A stretch of DNA of 64,000 bases, from the NCBI GenBank assembly GCA_050287085.1, contig JBNKBE010000013.1, positions 96,001 to 160,000 of the forward strand, written 5' to 3'. This DNA comes from Polyangiaceae bacterium. Lineage in GTDB: Bacteria > Myxococcota_A > Polyangia > Polyangiales > Polyangiaceae. Below, piece after piece: positions 19,988 through 29,502 of this stretch. How positions within the stretch are numbered: position 1 is the first letter of the stretch; each line of letters begins with the position of its first letter. A model generated the notes under the pieces. That model was not told the DNA's origin. It made no database searches and saw only the letters and a program-made list of their open reading frames with translations. Both the position numbers and the translations under genes were made by a program.

Positions 19988-21250
19988 TCACGGCGCCGCA
20001 ACCGCGTACAAGTACTCCCATACGGGGATGAACGCCTGAACCGTGCCGCTGGTCACCGAGCCATGGGCGTCGCCCACGTTGGCCGAACTATAGAGCCGGT
20101 GCGAGTCCCCGTAGGGAGCTGCAGCCCCATCGACCGAAGTCGGAGCCCCAGGCAGGCCCAGCGCTTCAAACGCGGCCAAGTGTCCCTGATGCTGACCGTC
20201 GCCAGTGTGCGAGAAGCCGAAGAATCGTTCAGGGGCTGTCGCCGGGTCGCCGTTCAGCCAATTCTGTCCTGGATCGTAGGGTCCGGCCAGCATCACTACG
20301 CGGGCCACGGGGCGCGTCATTCCAATAATGCCCGAAGTACTAGCGCCATGCGAATGCCCGGTAATGATGATGTCCTCCCAACGAGGCTGGTCGCCAGCAA
20401 CGAAGTAGCTCCAGTCGCCCTCAGGATTCAGGTTGGCGAGATGCATCAACCCGCGCACGATGCGTTCTTCGATACTGTCCGGACGGGTAATGTTGAGGAA
20501 GGGATGGTGATCGACCCCCTCCAGCGCTTCGAGGCGGCAACCTCCGATGTCGTCCCCGCAATTGTCGACGCCGTAGTCGCTGAGGAAGCACGGTCCAAAC
20601 CAGTGATAGCCGAGCCCGGAGACGATCTGCCACAGCGCTTCGCCGCCGCAATCACCGAACTGACCTGCGCCGTGCAAATAGACGACCAGCTTTCCGGCGG
20701 ATTCGATCCGAGTATCGAGGTAGGCGTGCTGACGACCCAGGGCACCCGATGCCGCCGGATCCGCCTCGCGCGCCGTAAACTGGAACGAGAAGAGCTGCGG
20801 GTTATCTCGCTGGACAGCAGGGCCCACAGCCTCATCCGGTGAGGAGCCAGCATCTAGCCCCCCCTGTCCTTGCCCCCCGGCGGCGCTGCCCCCCGCGGAA
20901 CTACCTCCGCCACCGCCGTCCCGTCCCCCATTTTGCGCTTGTCCCAGCTCCCCTGCTCCGCCCCCGTCATGACTGGCGCCGCCACCGCTCCCCCCCTCGA
21001 CCGCTTGCGCCCCGGTGCCACCCTCGGACGGCCCTGACGCGCCGTTCCCTCCCAACCCAGAGGCGAGTCCCCCAGACGCGTTGTCCTCCGAAGAACCGGC
21101 GCTAGCGCCGGCAGTCCCGCCTGGCGCCCCCCCGCTCCCTCCGAGCGGCGCACTTCCCCCTCCGAGCGGCCCTGTCGCCCTTTCCGCTGGCTCACCGTCG
21201 CAGCCAGTCGTCAGTACACAACCGACAAGACCGACCACTGCACTCCGCAT
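19988..21250 (-). CDS. Alpha/beta-hydrolase lipoprotein (BPSS1187-like)
   Basis: LTTGC lipobox, Gly-rich linker, LVVYLHG, DSIEER, GHSHGA, FSHTGD, DAHGS. Confidence 0.7.
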   Translation of the reverse strand: MRSAVVGLVGCVLTTGCDGEPAERATGPLGGGSAPLGGSGGAPGGTAGASAGSSEDNASGGLASGLGGNGASGPSEGGTGAQAVEGGSGGGASHDGGGAGELGQAQNGGRDGGGGGSSAGGSAAGGQGQGGLDAGSSPDEAVGPAVQRDNPQLFSFQFTAREADPAASGALGRQHAYLDTRIESAGKLVVYLHGAGQFGDCGGEALWQIVSGLGYHWFGPCFLSDYGVDNCGDDIGGCRLEALEGVDHHPFLNITRPDSIEERIVRGLMHLANLNPEGDWSYFVAGDQPRWEDIIITGHSHGASTSGIIGMTRPVARVVMLAGPYDPGQNWLNGDPATAPERFFGFSHTGDGQHQGHLAAFEALGLPGAPTSVDGAAAPYGDSHRLYSSANVGDAHGSVTSGTVQAFIPVWEYLYAVAAP

Positions 21251-21489
21251 ACGCCCTCTGCACCGCATGGTTTCAAAGGTTACAGGTTAATTTCTCAAGG
21301 AGAAGCCGTCGCGACACAGCTTGAATGCGATTCGATTTCCAGCGCAACACTGGACGCAGCCTGGAATACGCCTCGAGAACGACGTTGCTTCGCTCCCACG
21401 CGCGGTTGCGTCTCGACTTTCACGCAGCAGCAGGCCATTGTAGCGCTGCACCCGTGTTGGGGAAATCAGGTGCTGAGTAAGTCAGGAGT

Positions 21490-23322
21490 ATGTGCCGTCA
21501 AATGTTGAGCGCCGAACTCGACCAGACCGAACGTGTCAGGCCCGTCCTTGCCTCGAGCCTCGCACAACCCGGGCTCACCCGCAGGTGGTTCAGAAGCGCA
21601 TGTGCCGCCGCAGCGTCGTGGGTGGCCTTGGGCTGCGGAACTTCCGGTGCTCAGCCTGGGCTTACGGGCGATGAGCCCGGGTTCGCCGCCAGCGGGGGTA
21701 TAGCGACCGCCGCGGGCAGTGGTGGGACTGCCGGCACCGCCAATGGCACTAGCGGCGCAAGCGCAACAGCGGGTGCCGACGCTATCACTGGCGACAGGGA
21801 CGAGCTTGCCGAGGCCGACGTGGGCACCAAAGCCATGCATCGCATGAGCAACAGCGAGTACGATAATACCGTCCGCGACCTGCTTCATTCGACGCTGCGG
21901 TTCGGCGATAGCTTCGTGGTCGAAGAAGCCGAAGGCTTTGACAACATCGCCGCAGCGTTATCCATGAGCCCGCGTCATGTAGAAGAGTATTTCACTGCTG
22001 CCCGCGCCCTCGCGGAAGACGTCTTCGCTTCGCCAGAGCTGCGCAGTCGCATCGTCCAATGCGAGCTTTCGGCAAGCGACGGTACCTGCGCAGAATCCAC
22101 TATCACGAGTTTCGGAAAGCAGGCCTTTCGTCGGCCTATTGAGCCGTCTGAGCTCGAGTGGCTGATGAACGCCTACCAGGAAGCGCTCGCCCTGGGTGAA
22201 TCTCCGGACGGGGCGATGCAGCATGTAGTACACATCGTGCTCGCGTCCCCGCAGTTCTTGTATCGCATCGAGTTCGATCCGAACCCGACGGACGTCACCC
22301 CGCATGCGCTAAGCGCTTGGGAACTCGCGAGCCGGCTCTCCTACGCCTTGTGGAGCAGTATGCCGGACGAGACGTTGTTCGACCTAGCCGCGCGCAATGA
22401 GCTGCACGACCCGGAGGTATTGAGCGCGCAAGTCGATCGTATGCTCGACGACTCCCGCGCTGAAGCGCTGGCGGCCAACTTCGTCGGTCATTGGCTCGGC
22501 GCCAAACGACTGGAGGAGCACACCGCCAGGCCGGACATCTATCCGGACTGGTCCGTCGAGCTTGGCGAGTCCATGCGGAAAGAGATGGAGCTGTACTTCC
22601 TGGAGTTCTTGCGCGGCGAGCGACCCTATAGCGAGTTTCTGAGCGCTGACATCAACTTCACGGACGCTAGGCTGGCCGAATACTACGGAATGCCCCCCCA
22701 AGGTGACGCCTTCCAGCGAGTAGAGAGCACTACCGATCGCCGACGCGGGCTTATCGGCCTGGCGGGCTTCCTTACTCATACCTCGCGTGAGACGCGCAGT
22801 TCCCCCATCGTCCGGGGGAAGTGGATCCTAGACGCCATGTGGTGCGTCGAGTTGAAAGTTCCCGCAGGCGTGGTGGTGCAACCGTTGCCAGAGTCCGAGC
22901 TAGAGGCACAAAACGCCACAGTGCGAGAACTGATGGAAGCCCATCGCGCTGATGCGGCTTGCGCCCCGTGCCACAATCTGATCGATCCAATTGGCCTCTC
23001 TCTGGAGCACTTCGATGGCATCGGTCGCTACCGCGAGACCTACGAGGGCGGTGGCGCGATCGATTCGACCACGGAGCTTCCCGGCGGCAACGTCGTCGAC
23101 AGCTTGGAAACCCTGAGCGACGCCCTGGCAAGCGATGCCAAGTTCGTGCCGTGTATAGCAAAGAAGTTCAACACCTACGCTCTCGGTCGTACGGAAACAG
23201 CTCTTCCTTTTCTCGAGGACATCGTGGCCCGCTGGACCGCCCAGAACGTGTCGCTACGCAACATGATTAAGGCCACAGTGACCAGCGATACCTTCACAAT
23301 GAGAAGGGCTTCCACTCCATGA
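21490..23322 (+). CDS. DUF1592/DUF1588/DUF1595/DUF1587/DUF1585 (PSD) domain protein with CxxCH
   Basis: HRMSNSEYDNTVRDL, LASPQFLYR.E, ELASRLSY.LWSSMPD, SSPIVRGKW, CAPCH..IDPIG..LE.FDGIG. Confidence 0.92.
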   Translation: MCRQMLSAELDQTERVRPVLASSLAQPGLTRRWFRSACAAAASWVALGCGTSGAQPGLTGDEPGFAASGGIATAAGSGGTAGTANGTSGASATAGADAITGDRDELAEADVGTKAMHRMSNSEYDNTVRDLLHSTLRFGDSFVVEEAEGFDNIAAALSMSPRHVEEYFTAARALAEDVFASPELRSRIVQCELSASDGTCAESTITSFGKQAFRRPIEPSELEWLMNAYQEALALGESPDGAMQHVVHIVLASPQFLYRIEFDPNPTDVTPHALSAWELASRLSYALWSSMPDETLFDLAARNELHDPEVLSAQVDRMLDDSRAEALAANFVGHWLGAKRLEEHTARPDIYPDWSVELGESMRKEMELYFLEFLRGERPYSEFLSADINFTDARLAEYYGMPPQGDAFQRVESTTDRRRGLIGLAGFLTHTSRETRSSPIVRGKWILDAMWCVELKVPAGVVVQPLPESELEAQNATVRELMEAHRADAACAPCHNLIDPIGLSLEHFDGIGRYRETYEGGGAIDSTTELPGGNVVDSLETLSDALASDAKFVPCIAKKFNTYALGRTETALPFLEDIVARWTAQNVSLRNMIKATVTSDTFTMRRASTP

Positions 23323-24845
23323 AAAGCATGACACGTTCATGTGGCATCTCCCGCCGGCATATCCTGCGCGGAGCCGGGGTTGCGCTCGCCTTGCCTTGGC
23401 TACCGTCGCTCGAACGTAAGGTAGCGCATGCCCAAGTCGCGAAGGCCAAGCGCTTCGTTCCCATCTACCTTCCAAACGGTGCCTCCACATTGTGGTGGAA
23501 GACAACCGGAAGCGGCGCCGGCGACGCCTGGCAGTTGTCCCCATTGCTCTCCGCCTTTGAGCCCGTGAAGAGCAAAATGCTGATGCTTCGTCAGCTCGGA
23601 AACTTCACTTGGCGGAGCGATCTGCTGACGATGTCACCCGGTTGGACCACCACGCGCGAGCGCAATGACTTCTGTGGCGTCTGCGCCATGCCGAACGGCG
23701 CCTACATCAGCTACAGTCACGCGCGCGATCCGTCGGCTCTGCTCAACTGCATCGACGGCGACGCATATCGTATGGCGCGCGGCGTAGACGTGGCCAACAG
23801 CTCGGACAATGGCGAGACCGTCGATCAGCTGATCGCGCGTCTCTCGCCGCGCGAAACCCCACTGCCAAGCATGCAGCTCGGACTATTCGATGGCGCAGGG
23901 GGTCTGGATGAGCGGCACAGCGCCATGTCGCGCAATATGTCCTGGAGCCAAACAGGCACGCCGCTGGGCAAGGACCTCGAGCCCATCGACGTGTTCAATC
24001 GACTGGTCGCAGCAGGCGCCGGGCAGAGCGACGGCGCGGCGGAAATGCGGCAGGCGGCCGAGCGCCGACGGGCCCTCGACGCAAGCGCTCTCGACGCGCT
24101 GAGCGAGGGCGTTATCCAGCTGCAGCCGAAGCTTGGCCAGGACGACCGTCAGCGACTGGATCGCTTTCTGACTGGGGTCCGCGAGCTCGAGGGCAAAGTG
24201 AATACCGTGTTCGAGGGTGATGCCAGCTGCGAGCTGCCCGAGCTACCCTCCGATCTTACACAGCCTAAGTTGCGAGCGGAGGCGATGAACGATCTGCTGG
24301 TGATGGCGCTCGAGTGCGACATCACGCGAGTCGCCACCTACATGCTCGACAACAGCCGCTCGGATCTCGTGTACCGCTGGGTTCCGCGCTTGGATTGGGA
24401 AAACGGCGGCGTAGAGGTCGGAGGCACCGCGACGTCTTATCACGAGTCGCAACACCACGCGGGCACGAGCCCGGATTTTGCGTCGATCACGCGTTGGCAC
24501 ATCGACGTAGTAGCCGATCTGCTGACCAAGATGGATGCCGTAGTCGATGGCGTGGGCGAGGCCCCGTCTGGCACTTTGTTGGACAACAGCTTGGTCCAAT
24601 TCTCGAGTGGCATGCACCACGGCGACCACGCGTCCTTCGACCTCCCCTTCCTCCTCTTCGGTGGCGGCGGTGGGGTCTTCCGGCAAAACGAGTTGATTGA
24701 GTTTCCCGAACCGGTTGAGGAGATGCGTCAGTTGCGGGACCTCTACTTCACCATCCTCAATCACTATTTCGAACTCGGCGTAGAAAGCTTCGGCGAAGAC
24801 CAGCGGGGCGTCCCCAATGAGGTCATGCGCGAAGTGCTGGCCTAA
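23319..24845 (+). CDS. DUF1552 family protein (Tat-exported)
   Basis: SRRHILRGAGVALALPWLPSL, TVDQLIA, HESQHH, TLLDNSLV; ATGA overlap with the upstream gene. Confidence 0.92.
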   Translation: MKSMTRSCGISRRHILRGAGVALALPWLPSLERKVAHAQVAKAKRFVPIYLPNGASTLWWKTTGSGAGDAWQLSPLLSAFEPVKSKMLMLRQLGNFTWRSDLLTMSPGWTTTRERNDFCGVCAMPNGAYISYSHARDPSALLNCIDGDAYRMARGVDVANSSDNGETVDQLIARLSPRETPLPSMQLGLFDGAGGLDERHSAMSRNMSWSQTGTPLGKDLEPIDVFNRLVAAGAGQSDGAAEMRQAAERRRALDASALDALSEGVIQLQPKLGQDDRQRLDRFLTGVRELEGKVNTVFEGDASCELPELPSDLTQPKLRAEAMNDLLVMALECDITRVATYMLDNSRSDLVYRWVPRLDWENGGVEVGGTATSYHESQHHAGTSPDFASITRWHIDVVADLLTKMDAVVDGVGEAPSGTLLDNSLVQFSSGMHHGDHASFDLPFLLFGGGGGVFRQNELIEFPEPVEEMRQLRDLYFTILNHYFELGVESFGEDQRGVPNEVMREVLA

Positions 24846-24887
24846 GCCACTCGAGAGGCCTCTGTCCGGGGCCCGCCGCGCTCGACA

Positions 24888-24934
24888 GGACCAGACCAGG
24901 CCGTCTGCGAACGACCCGGACCTGGTCTTGGTCC
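24888..24934. terminator. Hairpin between convergent DUF1552 and wrbA genes
   Basis: GGACCAGACCAGG ... CCTGGTCTTGGTCC (one bulge). Confidence 0.45.
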
Positions 24935-24970
24935 AACCTCTCCCAGTCTGTGAGCCAGAGCGGGGTCTGA

Positions 24971-25570
24971 CTAGGCGAAGAGCTTCGCGGCGATCTCTGC
25001 CACGTGCCTACCTTGGAAGCGCGCTCCGTTGAGTTCGTTTTCGCTTGGCTGGCGAGAGCCGTCACCCGCCGCAATGGTCGTGGCGCCATAGGGAGAGCCG
25101 CCGCTCAGCTCGTCGACCCCCATTTGCCCGGCAAACGAATAGGGCAAGCCTACAATCACCATACCGTGGTGCAGAAGCACCGTATGGGTCGACAGAATGG
25201 TACTTTCTTGCCCCCCGTGCTGCGTCGCCGTGGAGCTGAATACGCTACCAACTTTGCCCACTAACTTGCCGCCAAACCACAACCCGCCGGTCTGATCCAG
25301 AAAATTTTTCATTTGGGCGGGCATGTTGCCGAAACGGGTCGGTACGCCGAAGATGATCGCATCATAGTCCGCAAGCTCGTCCGGCGTTGCGATCGGGGCC
25401 GCCTGATCCAGCTTGAAGTGGCTTTGCTTCGCCACCTCCTCCGGTACAAGCTCTGGAACACGCTTGAGCGCAACGTCCGCCCCTGCGTCCTTCGCGCCTG
25501 CCGCGACGGCCTCCGCCATCTTCTCCACATGTCCGTAGCTGGAATAGTAGACCACGAGAACCTTTGCCAT
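24971..25570 (-). CDS. wrbA: NAD(P)H:quinone oxidoreductase WrbA
   Basis: [43 protein letters not shown]. Confidence 0.97.
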   Translation of the reverse strand: MAKVLVVYYSSYGHVEKMAEAVAAGAKDAGADVALKRVPELVPEEVAKQSHFKLDQAAPIATPDELADYDAIIFGVPTRFGNMPAQMKNFLDQTGGLWFGGKLVGKVGSVFSSTATQHGGQESTILSTHTVLLHHGMVIVGLPYSFAGQMGVDELSGGSPYGATTIAAGDGSRQPSENELNGARFQGRHVAEIAAKLFA

Positions 25571-25960
25571 TTTTCCTCCAAGCCTTTCTGTAGCGGGGGT
25601 CGTCCCCCCAAGGCTTTGGATACTAGCAAAGTTCACGTATCTGCCAGGGGTATTCGAACCTCGCCCGTGAGGCCGCTCGCCGCCCCGTGCGGGCCCCTTC
25701 ACCTGGTCAGGATGGGTCCTCGGGAGGGCTTCTCCCCGGAGGAGCGCAGGTATTGCACGAAACCTGGGAGTCATTCGCCACTTACGGGTTCACACAGACG
25801 GCGGATCAGTGCACCGTGGGTTCCCACTTCTTTGCGGCTCAATGCAGAATTCCCAAGCGGACGGATTAGCTCTATCCGTCGAAGTATGCTCAGAAAAACT
25901 AGGTTCCGCCGCGCCGCGAAGCGGCTAATGTATAAGCACAGGCTGTCAGCACGTCAGTTT

Positions 25961-25988
25961 TTGACAATTTCGCTCGAGCCGGTGCAAT
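25961..25988 (+). promoter_or_regulatory. Possible sigma70-type promoter for the second DUF1592 operon
   Basis: TTGACA, 16-bp spacer, TGCAAT upstream of ORF 26000. Confidence 0.35.
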
Positions 25989-25999
25989 AGGAACAGTAG

Positions 26000-27982
26000 A
26001 TGACCTTGAAACAAGTTGCGACTGGCCGAGGAAGAGTCGAGGAGAACGCAATGAAGCGACCGCTCGGGTTTACTGAATGCCACACTCCGTCCCTGGGGGG
26101 CTCCCTGGAAGGTGTTTCCCCTAGAGGCATGAGCTACAGAAGTGCATCTCGAGTCGCCCCTCGGGTTGCCTCGTTCACCGCCAGTGGGGTCAAGTCCCCA
26201 GGTGGTATCCTGGCCTTGTGCGGGCTCATGGCCGTGGTGGCTGGTTGCTCCGGAAGCGCGGCCCCCCTACCAAGCGGCAGCCCAGGCGGAGGCGATGGAG
26301 ATCCCATGGGTGCCAATGCCGGCACAGCTGGAACTGGGTCAACGCCTGGTGGGGGCGCGGGCGGCGCCATCGGCGGTGGTGCTTCGGGCGTTGGCCGCGA
26401 CGGAGAAAACCTGAGCGAAGACCCCTACGCGGTGCCCGCTGAAGCACCGGCCCCGGCGCTTGTCGAGACGGCGCGACTGGCCCGACTCAGCCACAAGCAG
26501 CTGCTCAACGCGGCCCAAGCGGTGCTCAAGCTGCCGGACGTCAACGAACTGGCGGATAACCTAACGGGTGACCCGCTGGTGGGTTTCGACGTGGAAGCCG
26601 ATGCGCTGAACGTTACAGAGCAATTGCGCCGCGAGTGGGCGGACGGCATCGAAATGCTCGCCGAACAGGTCGTGGCGGATGCAGCAGCGCTGGCGCGACT
26701 GGTGCCGGCTGACGCTCCCGCCGACGCCGCGGGTCGGGCAGATGCGTTCATCAAGTCCTTCGGCCTCAGCGCCTATCGGCGTCCGCTCACGGACGAGGAG
26801 GTCGCCACCCATCAAGAGCTCTTCAACAAGGGTGCCACATTGTACCCGGACCTGGACGCCTTTGCGGCAGGCGCAAGCCTCGTGCTGCAGGCAATGCTCC
26901 AGTCCCCGCATTTCATGTACCGCACGGAGCTGAGCACGCCGGAAGCGGGTTCCGCCGTCGCCACGCTCAACGACTATGAGGTGGCCTCAAAGCTCTCCTT
27001 CGCTCTCGTCAATACGATGCCGGACGAAGCGCTCTTTGCTGCAGCTGCTGCTGGCGAGCTGAAAGACCGGGCCAACGTCCGCGCTCACGCTGAAAGACTT
27101 CTATCTGAAAACCAGCGCGTTGCGGGCTTCAACAATCTGAACGCGCAGATGTACCGCCTGGGTGCCTATCAGGCTATCCGTCGCGACGCGGAGCTCTTTC
27201 CACAATTCAGCCCCGACGCCCCTGACTCCATGGCAGAAGAGACACTCGCCTTCTTCCAGTGGATCTTCGATGAGGGCTTGGGCATCAAAGATGTCTACAC
27301 CGCACCGGTGGGGTTCGTGAACGCCAAGCTCGCGCCCCTCTACGCCGTGGAGGGTGACTTCGGTGACGCGCTGCAGCGCTATGACTTCGACCCAAGCCAG
27401 CGCTCAGGACTGCTGACCCAGCCTGGTTTCCTGTCGTCGTATATCACTGGCCTCGACGAGCCGGACATCATCCACCGCGGGGTGTTCATCGCCGAGCGAG
27501 TGCTGTGCGTGGTATTGCCCCCGCCCAAGGTTGTTCCTCCTCCCTTGCCTGAATTGGAGGAAGGCATGACCAACCGGGGCCGCGTGGAAACCGTTACCGG
27601 CAAGGGTACCTGCGGTGAGGGCTGTCACACCACTTTGCTCAATCCTCCGGGTTACGCCTTTGAGAACTACGACGCGGTGGGGACGTATCGTACGATGGAT
27701 CACGGGCAGCCGGTGAACGCAGCGTCCGAATACATGTTGGACGGCAAAGTCGTGCCGTTCAAAGATGGCATCGAGTTCTCTCACCTGGTGGCGGAGTCGA
27801 AGCAAGCCCACAGCTGCTACGCCTCAAAGCTCATGAGCTATCTCCACGGCCGTCAGCTGCAGCCAGCCGATAATGCAATGGTCGACTACTACGCGCGACT
27901 ATCGCGCGCGGGTGAAATATCGCTGCACGACCTCGAACTTGACATCGTTACCAACGACGCCTTCCTGACTCGCCTCCCCTGA
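26000..27982 (+). CDS. DUF1592/DUF1588 (PSD) domain lipoprotein (start uncertain)
   Basis: VAGC lipobox, LQSPHFMYR.E, YEVASKLSF...PD, IHRGVF, CGEGCH..LNPPGYAFENYDAVG. Confidence 0.9.
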   Translation: MTLKQVATGRGRVEENAMKRPLGFTECHTPSLGGSLEGVSPRGMSYRSASRVAPRVASFTASGVKSPGGILALCGLMAVVAGCSGSAAPLPSGSPGGGDGDPMGANAGTAGTGSTPGGGAGGAIGGGASGVGRDGENLSEDPYAVPAEAPAPALVETARLARLSHKQLLNAAQAVLKLPDVNELADNLTGDPLVGFDVEADALNVTEQLRREWADGIEMLAEQVVADAAALARLVPADAPADAAGRADAFIKSFGLSAYRRPLTDEEVATHQELFNKGATLYPDLDAFAAGASLVLQAMLQSPHFMYRTELSTPEAGSAVATLNDYEVASKLSFALVNTMPDEALFAAAAAGELKDRANVRAHAERLLSENQRVAGFNNLNAQMYRLGAYQAIRRDAELFPQFSPDAPDSMAEETLAFFQWIFDEGLGIKDVYTAPVGFVNAKLAPLYAVEGDFGDALQRYDFDPSQRSGLLTQPGFLSSYITGLDEPDIIHRGVFIAERVLCVVLPPPKVVPPPLPELEEGMTNRGRVETVTGKGTCGEGCHTTLLNPPGYAFENYDAVGTYRTMDHGQPVNAASEYMLDGKVVPFKDGIEFSHLVAESKQAHSCYASKLMSYLHGRQLQPADNAMVDYYARLSRAGEISLHDLELDIVTNDAFLTRLP

Positions 27983-27991
27983 AGTAACACC

Positions 27992-29482
27992 ATGAACAAG
28001 CAAGACTCGAACGCTTTCAAAATGAATCGACGAATGGTGCTCCGAGGCGCCAGCGGCTTGATGCTGGGGCTACCACTTCTGGAGACCTTCATGCCTCGCC
28101 GGGCAGAGGCGCAAGAGAACATGCGCTCGCCATTCATGCTCTTCGTGATCACGGACAATGGCGTGGTCCAGTCGGGTGTGACCTTGGGCGGCGGCGGCGA
28201 GCCGGAAATGTTTTGGCCCACGGCCACCGGTACGCTCACCAAAGCCAGCTTGGAAGCGGACAATGCAACGCGGTCCATCGGTGAGCTCGCCGAACACGCA
28301 GACAAGCTCCTGGTCGTTCGTGGGGTCAACCTTCCCTACGGCTCTACCGGGTGTTCCCACTCCGCTGCGGACGCGCAGATCCTCACCGCGTCGCGGGTGA
28401 CCGCGGGTAGCTCAGCCGCGGTGGGTGAAGGCATTTCGGTCGACACCGTTATCGCTCAGGCAAAAAACCCTCCCGGGCGGGATCCTCTGGCGCTGCACGC
28501 TGGAATGTTCACTCCCGGCGGCACGGGCTTCGACATTCCCGGATATGTGTCATACGTCGCTGGGAGGCAGCCGCGCGTATACATAGATTCTCCCTATAAG
28601 GCCTACCAGACGATTATTGGTGCGGTCGGCGACGGCACTGACGCTACCGAAGCGGAAGCCGCGCAGCAGTTGCTGCGCGCTGAACGTAGCAAGAGCATCA
28701 ACGACATCTTGCGACCGCAGCTCCAAGACTTGCTCGCACGGCCTGACTTGAGCCAAAGCGACCGCACGCGACTCGATCAACACCTCACGGCAATCCGTGA
28801 CATTGAAGTGCTGATGGCGTCCACGGCTTTCACCATCCCGGAGGAAGACATCGCCGCGATGCAGCAGATCGACCGAAACGCCTACGACCAGGCTACTCGT
28901 GAACAAGCCGTGAAGCTGCACATGGACCTGATGGCGTTCTCGGCGGCGGCTGACTATAGCCGGGTTGCTGTTCTCAAGATCGGCGACCGCATCGACGATC
29001 ACGTCTATACGATCAATGGGCAGAGCTTCAAGTTCCACGACGCGTCACACCGCGCTGTAAACAACGGGCTGCAGCTTCATCACGAAGTGGATCGCATCAT
29101 GATGCGCCACTACAAGTACTTGATCGACGTGCTGTCAGGCTACGACACGCCCACCGGACCGTTCATTGATCAAGGCGTCGCGATTTGGGCCAACCAGTGC
29201 GCCACGGGAGCACACTCCTTCAGCAACGTACCTTGGATCCTGGCCGGCTCTGCGAAGGGCCACTTCAAGCAGGGTCAGTACGTGACCGTTGGTACCGGAG
29301 ACATGCCGGGTGGGCGTCAGGATGGGGTTGCGGGTGACGGTTCGGTATCGGGTGTCAACAAGATGCTGAACACCCTGCTCGGCGGAGCTCAGGTCACCAA
29401 GGACAATGGCGACGCAATCGATGACTTCGGTGATCCGTCGCTCCCCAAGGGCATCTTTGAAGAGATGCTTGCCGGGGCCTAG
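27992..29482 (+). CDS. DUF1552 family protein (Tat-exported)
   Basis: NRRMVLRGASG..LGLPLLETF, SVDTVIA, D..RLDQHL..IRDIE, HDASHR. Confidence 0.9.
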   Translation: MNKQDSNAFKMNRRMVLRGASGLMLGLPLLETFMPRRAEAQENMRSPFMLFVITDNGVVQSGVTLGGGGEPEMFWPTATGTLTKASLEADNATRSIGELAEHADKLLVVRGVNLPYGSTGCSHSAADAQILTASRVTAGSSAAVGEGISVDTVIAQAKNPPGRDPLALHAGMFTPGGTGFDIPGYVSYVAGRQPRVYIDSPYKAYQTIIGAVGDGTDATEAEAAQQLLRAERSKSINDILRPQLQDLLARPDLSQSDRTRLDQHLTAIRDIEVLMASTAFTIPEEDIAAMQQIDRNAYDQATREQAVKLHMDLMAFSAAADYSRVAVLKIGDRIDDHVYTINGQSFKFHDASHRAVNNGLQLHHEVDRIMMRHYKYLIDVLSGYDTPTGPFIDQGVAIWANQCATGAHSFSNVPWILAGSAKGHFKQGQYVTVGTGDMPGGRQDGVAGDGSVSGVNKMLNTLLGGAQVTKDNGDAIDDFGDPSLPKGIFEEMLAGA

Positions 29483-29502
29483 ACGCGCCGCTATAGCAAA
29501 AT

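Noticed and set aside
19892..20842. 316-aa plus-strand ORF (similarly 9667-10542, 44833-45693, 56444-57253)
   Set aside because: Antisense to well-supported genes; long shadow ORFs are expected in GC-rich DNA
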